From positions 5,147,747-5,211,746 of the forward strand of contig OZ244170.1 of the NCBI GenBank assembly GCA_965216565.1: 64,000 nucleotides of DNA, read 5' to 3'. The position numbers and the translations under genes were made by a program. The DNA comes from Bythopirellula sp. GTDB lineage: Bacteria > Planctomycetota > Planctomycetia > Pirellulales > Lacipirellulaceae. This document shows, piece by piece, positions 48,964 to 57,566 of this stretch; the stretch's first letter is position 1; every line of letters starts with the position of its first letter. The notes under the pieces were generated by a model that made no database searches, was not told the origin of the DNA, and saw only the letters and a program-made list of their open reading frames with translations.

Positions 48964-50376
48964 GTGTCTGAGAATATGCAATCGAACGAAACCGCGTCGA
49001 ACACCTGCCCTTCCGGAGGTGGTTTGTTTGGCCGTCTCGTGCCGCTGCTGGGCGTCATTACCCTGGCCTTTCTGTTTGGCATGGTGATCGCCATCAAACA
49101 ATCGCCCCCGTTTCACACGGTCCGCGACGCCTGGCTGGCCTATTGCTCGCTCAACGCTCAGCAAGGCATCATCGGCGACGAGTATCCCAATCACATGTGG
49201 TACCCCAGTGAGTCCTCTGAGGGAGGACTCATTCGCAGTACGCCCGCGCACTCCCAGGGTGACTACACGGTGTTCACTTCGGGCGATTCGTGCCGTGCAA
49301 CCTTGGTCAATCAGCAAGGCGAGCAGGTGCATGAGTGGTACGCTCCCTACTGGGACGTGTTTCCCAACTCGCAGCATGTGCCAGGTTGGTTGCCGGAACG
49401 GTTTATTTTGATGCGTCGTGCCCTGGTCTTTCCCAATGGCGATTTGCTTGCGCTATACGAAACCATTGCCAATACCCCCTCAGGCTGCGGCCTCGCCAAG
49501 CTCGATTCCGAGGGCAATGTCCTGTGGGCCTTCGACGACTACGCTCACCACGATGTGAGCATCGGCCCGGACGGAAAAATTTATGTGCTCGTGCACGAGC
49601 TACGCCGTTTGACTAAAGAAGACAAAGAGCTGAATCCGTTAACCGATCTGCCACTCATCGAAGATTGCGTGGTGGTGCTTTCGCCTGCAGGGGAAGAACT
49701 GCAGCGCATCTCGCTCCTCGATGCCTTGGTCGATTCGCCGTTTTACCGACCGATGTTGATCCACGTCGACCGCTACGGGGACATTACCCACAACAATACG
49801 GTCGCCTTCGTCGGTGCGGAGTTTGCTTCGCACTACCCAGAGATTGAAGCCGGCGACCTGATGGTCTGCTTGAGGAACTTAAATCTGGTAGCGGTCGTGC
49901 GTCCCCAATCGCAAGAAATTGTCTGGGCGACGACCGGCCCCTGGGAGCATCCCCACGATCCCGACCCGCTGCCTAGTGGCAATCTGATGATCTTCGACAA
50001 CTTTGTAGCCGACGGCGCTGGCCGTAGTTCGGCTGTCGTCGAATTCGATCCCCGGACCCGCCAAAAGGTGTGGGACTATCGCGGCACGCCACAGCGACGA
50101 CTTTCCAGTCAGACCCGTAGCTGTCAGCAATTGCTGGCCGGTGGCAATGTGCTTGTGACCGAAGCCGACCATGGCCGAATTATCGAAGTCGACCGAAAAG
50201 GGACCATCGTCTGGGAATACGTCCATCCGCTACGGGCGGGTGAATACCAGGAACTGATACCCGCAGTCTGCGGCGCACGACGTTACAGCCTGGAAGAAAT
50301 TCCATTTGTTCAATCACTACCCAACAAACCCGCCGAGCGCGAACCAACCGACCATGTCGCGACCGTGCAGCACTAA
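48964..50376 (+). CDS. Arylsulfotransferase (ASST)-family beta-propeller
   Basis: N-terminal TM; AHHD, DITHNN, CLRNLN, HPHDP, IFDN, GNVLVTE..GRIIEV. Confidence 0.82.
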   Translation: MSENMQSNETASNTCPSGGGLFGRLVPLLGVITLAFLFGMVIAIKQSPPFHTVRDAWLAYCSLNAQQGIIGDEYPNHMWYPSESSEGGLIRSTPAHSQGDYTVFTSGDSCRATLVNQQGEQVHEWYAPYWDVFPNSQHVPGWLPERFILMRRALVFPNGDLLALYETIANTPSGCGLAKLDSEGNVLWAFDDYAHHDVSIGPDGKIYVLVHELRRLTKEDKELNPLTDLPLIEDCVVVLSPAGEELQRISLLDALVDSPFYRPMLIHVDRYGDITHNNTVAFVGAEFASHYPEIEAGDLMVCLRNLNLVAVVRPQSQEIVWATTGPWEHPHDPDPLPSGNLMIFDNFVADGAGRSSAVVEFDPRTRQKVWDYRGTPQRRLSSQTRSCQQLLAGGNVLVTEADHGRIIEVDRKGTIVWEYVHPLRAGEYQELIPAVCGARRYSLEEIPFVQSLPNKPAEREPTDHVATVQH

Positions 50377-50397
50377 ACCTGCAACAGGAGACCTCCC

Positions 50398-50604
50398 ATG
50401 ATATCTCTCACCTCAAATCTCATTGCCGCCAGCCTCCTGGGCTACATTGGCCCCGGTGGTGGCATTGCCTTGCTGGGTCCACTAGTGGGCGTACTGCTCG
50501 CCGTGCTGGGTGCCGTGGGTATGATCGCATTCTGGCCCTTGCGTGCTTTGTGGAAGCGAATGCGTAGCGGTAAGAATGCCACGCAACAAACTGCAGCCAA
50601 GTAG
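50398..50604 (+). CDS. Small membrane protein with YIGPG motif
   Basis: RBS caggag; 68 aa: LLGYIGPGGG + TM helix + WPLR..WKRMR. Confidence 0.75.
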   Translation: MISLTSNLIAASLLGYIGPGGGIALLGPLVGVLLAVLGAVGMIAFWPLRALWKRMRSGKNATQQTAAK

Positions 50605-50621
50605 TGCGTGCGATGTACAAA

Positions 50622-50699
50622 TGAGCCGTAGGCGCTAGCCTCGGGTAGCCAACCTATAAGTTTCAATTAACTCGACCCGACGCTAGCGCGTTCGGCTCA
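50622..50699. repeat. REP-like inverted pair (TGAGCCG...GCGCTAGC)
   Basis: tgagccgtaggcgctagcctcgggt 50622-50646 / acccgacgctagcgcgttcggctca 50675-50699. Confidence 0.75.
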
Positions 50700-50731
50700 C
50701 AAACTGTCAAACTCATATTGTTGTCTAAATC

Positions 50732-51109
50732 ATGTCTGAATTAGTTGAATTCGCCGACATCCAAATGATAACCATCCCCATACTGTTGGGGTTGGTGGCG
50801 GGGGCGATCTCGATGTTGGTCTACGCCCGACTCTCGCCGCAAGAAAAATTGCAGGACTTGAAATCGCAAGCTTCCGACTTGCAACAGCAATTGTCCAGCT
50901 ACGACGGCGACTTCTCCGGTGCCATGACACTCGCGCAGCAGAATCTGCGACTGTCCTTCAAACGCCTCGGCGTCGCCTTCGGCCCCTCGTTGCTTTCCGG
51001 CATACCCGTGTTGGCTGCAGTGCCACTGATAGGCGAGGCTTACATCGCCTACTTCGTTGCCGTTGCCATTTCGGCCCTTGCCGTCAAACAGTGGCGGCAC
51101 ATCACATGA
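50732..51109 (+). CDS. Small membrane protein, TM-coiled coil-TM-TM (DUF106/TMCO1-like topology)
   Basis: TM1, then SPQEKLQDLKSQASDLQQQL coil, then two hydrophobic segments; ATGA overlap with the next gene. Confidence 0.65.
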   Translation: MSELVEFADIQMITIPILLGLVAGAISMLVYARLSPQEKLQDLKSQASDLQQQLSSYDGDFSGAMTLAQQNLRLSFKRLGVAFGPSLLSGIPVLAAVPLIGEAYIAYFVAVAISALAVKQWRHIT

Positions 51110-52230
51110 GCACCGCCGAGAAACTGGCCGCGTTCCAGGTGCCACTGAGGGTTCATCTGCTTTCGAGTTGTGTCAGCCGCTATTCACGCATGTGGAGGTG
51201 GCTGGGAAATCTCGAATCACTTGCGCTACGCGACGAACTGGACGCCATCGAAATCGATCGGCCCGTGTACGTCACCGGGATTGCCCGCGCCGGGACGACG
51301 ATCGTTCTGGAACTGTTGTCTCGCCATCCGGAACTTGCCTCCCACAAGTACCGCGACTTTCCGGGACAGTTTGTGCCTACCTGGTGGAATCGGGGGCAGT
51401 CGGACGAACCCCTGGCCCTCCAGGAACGAGCCCATGGCGATCGGCTCCAGGTCACGCAAGACAGCCCCGAGGCGATGGAAGAACCCCTCTGGATGGCATT
51501 CTTCCCAGAAGCCCACAATGCAGAAGGTTCCCATGTGCTTGATCGGGACACGAACCATCCCGCGTTCGAAAAGTTCTATCTCGACCATCTCCGCAAGATG
51601 CTGATGGTTCGCGATCGACACCGCTATCTGGCAAAGGGAAACTACAACTTCACTCGGCTCGCCTATCTGCAGAAGCTGGTGCCTAATAGTCGATTTGTGG
51701 TGGTTGTTCGCCAACCCCGCGATCACATTGCTTCGCTCATCAAACAGCATCGACTATTCTGTGCGGGACAGAAGCATTATCCCCGCGCCTTAGCCCACTT
51801 GCAGCATGTGGGTCACTTCGAGTTTGGACTCGATCGCCGCGCTATCTGCGTAGGAGACGATGTCGCCCACGAGGTGATGAAACTCTGGCAACAGGGCGAA
51901 GAGGTCCGCGGCACGGCTCGCTATTGGGCTAGTCTGTACGGCTGGTTCCTCGATCAATTGGAAGAAGACCCGCAGTTGAGTTCGGCGACCAGTCTGATTC
52001 GCTACGAAGATTTGTGTGCCGATACAGAACAGACGGTCGACGACCTGCTCGCGCACTGCGAGCTCGACGTTGCCCTGGAAATCAAAGAATTCGCCGAACA
52101 GATTTCACCACCCTCCTACTACTCACCCGAGTTCAGTGAGCAGGAGGAAGAAATCATCGCCGAGGAAACAGCTAACGCTGCCAGCAGGTTGGGCTACCCC
52201 TGCGAATTTCACTTGACTGCGACCTTCTAG
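51106..52230 (+). CDS. PAPS-dependent sulfotransferase
   Basis: PVYVTGIARAGTT (5'-PSB), RQPRDHIAS (3'-PB), IRYEDLC; start taken at ATG 51106. Confidence 0.9.
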   Translation: MSTAEKLAAFQVPLRVHLLSSCVSRYSRMWRWLGNLESLALRDELDAIEIDRPVYVTGIARAGTTIVLELLSRHPELASHKYRDFPGQFVPTWWNRGQSDEPLALQERAHGDRLQVTQDSPEAMEEPLWMAFFPEAHNAEGSHVLDRDTNHPAFEKFYLDHLRKMLMVRDRHRYLAKGNYNFTRLAYLQKLVPNSRFVVVVRQPRDHIASLIKQHRLFCAGQKHYPRALAHLQHVGHFEFGLDRRAICVGDDVAHEVMKLWQQGEEVRGTARYWASLYGWFLDQLEEDPQLSSATSLIRYEDLCADTEQTVDDLLAHCELDVALEIKEFAEQISPPSYYSPEFSEQEEEIIAEETANAASRLGYPCEFHLTATF

Positions 52231-52507
52231 TTACAGACAAGTGCGCATTCGGTAACAACTATGCTAAGATCTGGATGGCGTTGCTCTGCTATAGAGCCAA
52301 ATCTATAGTTTAAGTTTATTGGTGCAATCGGCACGACAAAGTAAGCAGCTTTTTGACTTTTTCAGTATCCTTCGTCTGGGTATTTTCTTGTCCAAAAGTG
52401 CATAGGCTGCTACTGTCTATACTGCGACTGTACTCGTTGAACTTGAGTTTTATTTTCTTCTTCGTCCAAAGTCGTCTTAAAAATGACCAATAGGATGCGC
52501 ATGACTG

Positions 52508-53410
52508 ATGTTTGGTCTGAATAATTTCCTGATCGTGCGGCAATGTCAACGAACAGGTCTTCCCTTTCTGGGAGCCTCGTTTTATTTCTTGATGTCTGTT
52601 CTGTCTACCTCAGCAGAGATAGTTCATACGAATTCGGCATTAACAGTCAATTTGCCACTATTTGAATCCCCGGACGTTGTGGTGCCTATCGACCTTAACG
52701 CGGATTCAATCGCGGATTTTGAAATCAGGCTGTCAACTGGCTCCGTATGTGTATGCTTACCAGGCGACGCACAGCCGCCCTTCTGGCACGGAGATCTTCT
52801 ACCGGGGCCTGGCGCATCAGATCAGCAAGTTATTGGAAGCTCTTCTATTCTTGCTTTAGCTAAGAATCAAATCATTGACGTAGGACAAGACTTCAATAGC
52901 AGCCCAGACGGACTACTTTTCTCTGCGGAAACTGTTGGAGGGATTTCTGGATTCCTTCAAATTTATAGCGGTGAGTTTGACCAAACGCTCGATTACGTTG
53001 GTGTCCGCTTCAACATCGGTCCCGAAACATACTTCGGATGGCTATCGTTTCAGGTGACGTTATTAACACCGATCAATCCTGGTTTCGTGACGATTGGTGA
53101 TTTTGCTTTTGAGGACACGGGCAATCTTATCCTGGCGGGACAGACTAGCGAACAAGTGGGTACAGACTTGAATGGTGATGGCACTACGAATCATGAAGAC
53201 CTTCTTATTTGGACCGACGCTTATAACTCAAGTACTGCTGGCGATGCCGATGAGAATGGTGTAAGCAATGGTCTGGATTTCCTGCAGCTACAAATAGCGT
53301 TAGGAGATTCGACGTCCCCACCTATTGCCCAGACAGTCCCAGAACCTAGATCTTATCTTCTACTGGCGATTGCAATAGCGATCGTCGTGCCAGTTGTACG
53401 TAAACGCTGA
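52508..53410 (+). CDS. PEP-CTERM protein with dockerin-like repeats
   Basis: DLNADSIADF, YVGVRF...YFGW, DLNGDG, VPEP + TM + RKR; AT-richer than flanks. Confidence 0.8.
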   Translation: MFGLNNFLIVRQCQRTGLPFLGASFYFLMSVLSTSAEIVHTNSALTVNLPLFESPDVVVPIDLNADSIADFEIRLSTGSVCVCLPGDAQPPFWHGDLLPGPGASDQQVIGSSSILALAKNQIIDVGQDFNSSPDGLLFSAETVGGISGFLQIYSGEFDQTLDYVGVRFNIGPETYFGWLSFQVTLLTPINPGFVTIGDFAFEDTGNLILAGQTSEQVGTDLNGDGTTNHEDLLIWTDAYNSSTAGDADENGVSNGLDFLQLQIALGDSTSPPIAQTVPEPRSYLLLAIAIAIVVPVVRKR

Positions 53411-53430
53411 CAATTGCAGTCATTCGTAGC

Positions 53431-54195
53431 TCAAGCCGCCCTGCGCTGACGCCGGACGAATGCCGCATAGTCGGCAGGCGTATCGATGCCGCGTGTCGGT
53501 TCGTCGATCTCGGAGACCAAGATGGTTTCGCCGTGTTCCAACACGCGCAACTGTTCCAAGTTTTCTAGCTGTTCGTGCTTCCCCTGCGGCATGTTGGCCA
53601 AATCGAGCAACAAGTTTCGCCGGTATCCATAAATGCCAATGTGCTGATGGAACCGAGCTGGCTCGGCGGTAAGCAGGCTTTCGTCCCAATCGCGGACAAA
53701 TGGGATCGGGCTGCGACTGAAATACAGCGCCCGACCCGCGGCATCGAACACCACCTTCACGCAGGCGGGATCTTCCAGAGAAATACGATCATGAATCGGC
53801 GTGGCCAGCGTCGCCATGTTCGCCGTAGGGTTGTCATTCAGCGACGCCACCAACTCGTCAATTGCGGTAGGGTCAATCTCTGGCTCGTCCCCTTGCAGGT
53901 TCACAATAATGTCGTAGTCGGCAAACTGTCGGGCCACTTCTGCGACACGATCGGTGCCACTGGGGCAATCGGGGCTGGTCATCACTGCCTCGGCACCAAA
54001 CTGACGGCACTCGGCAGCGATCTCTCGATCATCCGTGGCGATCAAAATCTTATCGGCAGTCTGCGATTGACTGGCGGCCTCGAACGTGTGCTGGAGCACC
54101 GACTTGCCCGTGTCGCGCAGCAACAGCTTGTCGGGCAGGCGGGTGGAATGTCGGCGAGCGGGAATAACCAGTAAACAACCGGGAGAGGCAGGCAT
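53431..54195 (-). CDS. kdsB: 3-deoxy-manno-octulosonate cytidylyltransferase
   Basis: IPARRHSTRLPDK, SGTDR, NLQGDEP, ALYFSRSPIP, HIGIYGY, LEQLR; start taken at ATG 54195. Confidence 0.95.
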   Translation of the reverse strand: MPASPGCLLVIPARRHSTRLPDKLLLRDTGKSVLQHTFEAASQSQTADKILIATDDREIAAECRQFGAEAVMTSPDCPSGTDRVAEVARQFADYDIIVNLQGDEPEIDPTAIDELVASLNDNPTANMATLATPIHDRISLEDPACVKVVFDAAGRALYFSRSPIPFVRDWDESLLTAEPARFHQHIGIYGYRRNLLLDLANMPQGKHEQLENLEQLRVLEHGETILVSEIDEPTRGIDTPADYAAFVRRQRRAA

Positions 54196-54468
54196 GGCGG
54201 GAACCTTCTGTGGATACGAATGTGGGCAGGCATAAATAGCGAATTCGTCCCGTCCGTTCCACGCCAATCTGAGTCGCCCGCTAGCAAAGGAATTCTATAC
54301 CAGCCGCGTTGCCACTGTTTACTCGCCGTGGCGAGCAACGCAAGGCCCCCCTCGATACGCGCTGTATTCCAGATGGTAGCGATCTCCTATAATGCAAGCG
54401 TCCATCAGGAAGGGCATCATTCGTCACCGACCCAACACTCACCAATTCCCCAGAGTCTCAAAGAAAAT

Positions 54469-56334
54469 ATGTGTGGCATCGTAGGATATGTGGGCCCCGC
54501 TGAAGCGTCCGATTTTTTGCTCGAAGGGCTTCGTCGACTGGAGTATCGTGGCTACGACAGCGCGGGCATCGTAACGGTCGAAGGCGGACAACTGACTGTT
54601 TCCAAGACGGCTGGTAGGGTCGAGGACCTCGCCCAGGTGCTGAAGTCGCAACCTCATGCCGGTACCATCGGCGTGGGACACACACGCTGGGCGACGCACG
54701 GGCCCGCCACCGATGTGAACGCGCATCCACACCTAGATGGCAGCCAGGTGTTGGCACTCGTCCATAACGGTGTGATCGAAAACTTTGGCTCGATCAAGCA
54801 GCGACTCATCGATTCCGGTTACGAGTTTGTTTCCAATACCGATAGCGAAGTGATCGCGCAGCTCATCTCCTATGAGCTCAACAATCTCTCCGACGACGAC
54901 TCGAGCGATGCCGACCCTTTTACGCCCTTGATTACTGCTGTGCAGAATTCTCTCGCCCAGTTGCAGGGTACTTACGGATTAGTTGTAGTCTTCAAGGAAT
55001 GGCCCGACACGTTGATCGCTGCCCGACTGGGTAGTCCGCTAGTAATCGGTGTCGGCAAAGGTGAAAACTTCGTCGCGAGCGATGGCTTTCCTCTCTCTGG
55101 CCATACGGACAAGATTGTCTACTTGGCGGATAACGAAATGGCAGTGGTCACCGCCGATTCCATCCGTGTGATTCACCGCGACCAAGGCGACGTGGGGCAC
55201 GACGTCAAGCTCTTGGAAATCGAAGAGGGCGCGGCCGACCTGCAGCACTATCCTCATTATATGCTCAAAGAGATCTTCGAGCAGCCCGAGACGATCCGCA
55301 ATGCGATGCGCGGTCGGCTCGACAAGGACGAAGCCACCGCCAAGTTTGGCGGGCTGAATCTGACGCCGCAACAGTTGCAATCGGTACGGCGGTTCGTCCT
55401 TACCGCCTGTGGCACGAGTTGGCATGCTTGTCTGTTGGGCGAATACCTCATCGAATCGTATGCCCGCGTGCCGGTGGAGGTGGAGTACGCTAGCGAACTC
55501 CGTTATCGCAATCCGCCCATTTCGCCGGGGACGCTGCTGTTTGCCCTCACACAGAGCGGCGAAACGCTCGATACACTGGCCGCCCTTCGCGAACTTAAGC
55601 GCAAGGGCTACCCGACCATGGCGATTTGCAACGTCGTAGGAAGCACGATTGCCCGCGAGGCCGACGGGGGAATCTACCTGCACGCCGGGCCGGAAATTGG
55701 CGTCGCCAGCACCAAGGCGTACACCGCCCAGTGCGTGGTGATGTCGCTGTTGGCTCTGTACTTTGGCCGCATCCACGATCTCAGCTACGAGGCGGGTTTG
55801 CGCATCATCGAAGAGCTCGAGCAGCTTCCCGACAAAGTCGAGAAAGCCTTGGGGACGAATGACGCTGCCAAGGAAATTGCCGCCAAGTACGCTCATTGCA
55901 ACAATTTTCTCTACCTCGGCCGTCAATACAATTTTCCTACGGCTTTGGAGGGCGCGCTGAAGCTCAAGGAAATCAGCTACGTGCATGCCGAGGGCTATCC
56001 CGCCGCCGAGATGAAACATGGTCCGATCGCGTTAGTCGATGAGAATACGCCCAGCGTCTTCATCATCCCCCGCAGCACGGTCTACGACAAAGTGCTGGCC
56101 AACATCCAGGAGATCAAAGCTCGGGGCGGGCCGGTGATTGCCGTTGTCGACGATGGCGACAGCCAGGTGGCCGACATCGTGGACGATGTGATTGTCGTGC
56201 CACAGGTGGCCGACTTCCTGCAACCGATCGTCACCATCGTGCCGCTGCAATTTCTTGCCTACCATATCGCACTCCTCCGCGGCTGCGACGTCGACAAACC
56301 CCGCAATTTGGCGAAGAGCGTTACTGTTGAGTAG
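54469..56334 (+). CDS. glmS: Glutamine--fructose-6-phosphate transaminase (isomerizing)
   Basis: MCGIVG, LEYRGYDSAG, HTRWATHG, QSGET, ASTKA, PRNLAKSVTVE. Confidence 0.98.
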   Translation: MCGIVGYVGPAEASDFLLEGLRRLEYRGYDSAGIVTVEGGQLTVSKTAGRVEDLAQVLKSQPHAGTIGVGHTRWATHGPATDVNAHPHLDGSQVLALVHNGVIENFGSIKQRLIDSGYEFVSNTDSEVIAQLISYELNNLSDDDSSDADPFTPLITAVQNSLAQLQGTYGLVVVFKEWPDTLIAARLGSPLVIGVGKGENFVASDGFPLSGHTDKIVYLADNEMAVVTADSIRVIHRDQGDVGHDVKLLEIEEGAADLQHYPHYMLKEIFEQPETIRNAMRGRLDKDEATAKFGGLNLTPQQLQSVRRFVLTACGTSWHACLLGEYLIESYARVPVEVEYASELRYRNPPISPGTLLFALTQSGETLDTLAALRELKRKGYPTMAICNVVGSTIAREADGGIYLHAGPEIGVASTKAYTAQCVVMSLLALYFGRIHDLSYEAGLRIIEELEQLPDKVEKALGTNDAAKEIAAKYAHCNNFLYLGRQYNFPTALEGALKLKEISYVHAEGYPAAEMKHGPIALVDENTPSVFIIPRSTVYDKVLANIQEIKARGGPVIAVVDDGDSQVADIVDDVIVVPQVADFLQPIVTIVPLQFLAYHIALLRGCDVDKPRNLAKSVTVE

Positions 56335-56338
56335 TTCT

Positions 56339-56498
56339 TGAACCACAAAGCCTCTAAGGACGCAAAGGAAATCTAGACAGGATGACTGGATTAAGAGGAT
56401 TTGCAGAATGGAATAGACCTGTAGTAAGAAGATCCAGTTTGTCCTGATCATCCTTTAATCCTGTCTCTTCTTTGTGTCCTTAGTGGCTTCGTGGTTCA
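56339..56498. repeat. Two nested inverted-repeat pairs
   Basis: Outer 56339-56367 / 56470-56498 (3 mismatches in 29 bp); inner agacaggat-type 56375-56399 / 56442-56466. Confidence 0.8.
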
Positions 56499-56517
56499 TT
56501 CAGAAAAGCATATTTCA

Positions 56518-57006
56518 ATGGCCCGGGAAATTCACGAGCGCGAAGATCTTTTCCGCGATGCCAGTGCACTCGTGCCGCGAATTCAATTGCGGATGATGGG
56601 CGCGGGCAAGCCGTGCGAAGTCTTTGCCGGCTTCCGCAAGAATGGCGCGCTGAGCCTCTACTTCGACGACGACCCGGTCTATCACTTCAATTCGACCGGT
56701 GAACTGCGCCGCGCGTTTGTCGACAATCATCTGCTAAAGGCGGAAGAGGGCAAGCTAATCGCCATGCAGCCGCGTCGCGGCGAGACGAGCACCGATCTGG
56801 TAAGCAGGGAGATGACTCCTGAACAGCAGCAGCAATTCTGCAACTCGGCTCTAAAACGCATCGCGTGGCTACACGCAGAAATAGAAGCGGAACGCTACGA
56901 ACTAGTTGGCCAAATGCCAGAAACAGGCGAGGCACTACCGCAACTTGCCAACTGGCTTGCAAACTGTGAGGGCATCCCAATCGCCCAGTCGCCGCGGGTG
57001 GGGTGA
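56518..57006 (+). CDS. Hypothetical protein
   Basis: MAREIHEREDL..DASAL..R, FAGFR, SLYFDDDPVYHFN..GELRRAF; looks like a genuine conserved gene. Confidence 0.7.
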   Translation: MAREIHEREDLFRDASALVPRIQLRMMGAGKPCEVFAGFRKNGALSLYFDDDPVYHFNSTGELRRAFVDNHLLKAEEGKLIAMQPRRGETSTDLVSREMTPEQQQQFCNSALKRIAWLHAEIEAERYELVGQMPETGEALPQLANWLANCEGIPIAQSPRVG

Positions 57007-57016
57007 CTCTTTTTTT

Positions 57017-57566
57017 AACGCAGAGATCGCGGAGAAGCAGAGGGCCGCGGAGGACGTTTATTGAGCTATTCAAAAGCTACCACTGAGTTTGTAGACAACG
57101 TCACAAAATGGATCCTCCGTTGTTTGTTTTTGTGTACTTACGTTGCGCTATTAGTGGCGGGGATTGTTTCCTTGAACCAAACAGCACCTCAGTGGTTTAG
57201 CGAATCGGTTCTTCAAGCTTGTTTTAATCTCGCGATAACGACTAGCATCGCATTCGGAATCTCAGAACTTATGGTGAGAAGTATGACTAGCGTCTGTTGG
57301 CATATCTGGACACTCGTCACTGCGGTAGGTTGCGTACTTAGCGTATGGTTGTATGTCTTGCCCGCTGCCATCTTAGGACTCTCAGTCGCCAAGTTTGAGA
57401 CGTGGCATTTGCTTCCACTTTTTGCCCTCGCCAATCAAGTCGTAGCAACTGTTTTCTTTGGGTTAACTGGGGCACTAGTCGTCCCAACCACAGCATCGAT
57501 TTGGAATTGGTGCCGGCGAAAAGAATGAAGCTCCGCGGCCCTCTGCTTCTCCGCGAACTCTGCGTT
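57017..57566. mobile_element. Inverted-repeat-bounded cassette (36-bp AACGCAGAG family) carrying one ORF
   Basis: IRs 57017-57052 / 57531-57566, 35/36 match; same family as 15906-16076. Confidence 0.7.
57061..57528 (+). CDS. Hypothetical 4-TM membrane protein (cassette cargo)
   Basis: 155 aa, four hydrophobic segments, AT-rich; GGAGGA 6 nt before TTG. Confidence 0.6.
   Translation: MSYSKATTEFVDNVTKWILRCLFLCTYVALLVAGIVSLNQTAPQWFSESVLQACFNLAITTSIAFGISELMVRSMTSVCWHIWTLVTAVGCVLSVWLYVLPAAILGLSVAKFETWHLLPLFALANQVVATVFFGLTGALVVPTTASIWNWCRRKE

Noticed and set aside
54196..54468. glmS ribozyme and the long N-terminal extension of the glmS ORF
   Set aside because: No AGCGCC/GACGAGG core; GlmS needs Cys at position 2, so the start is ATG 54469
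55039..56019. 326-aa minus-strand ORF
   Set aside because: Antisense shadow of glmS
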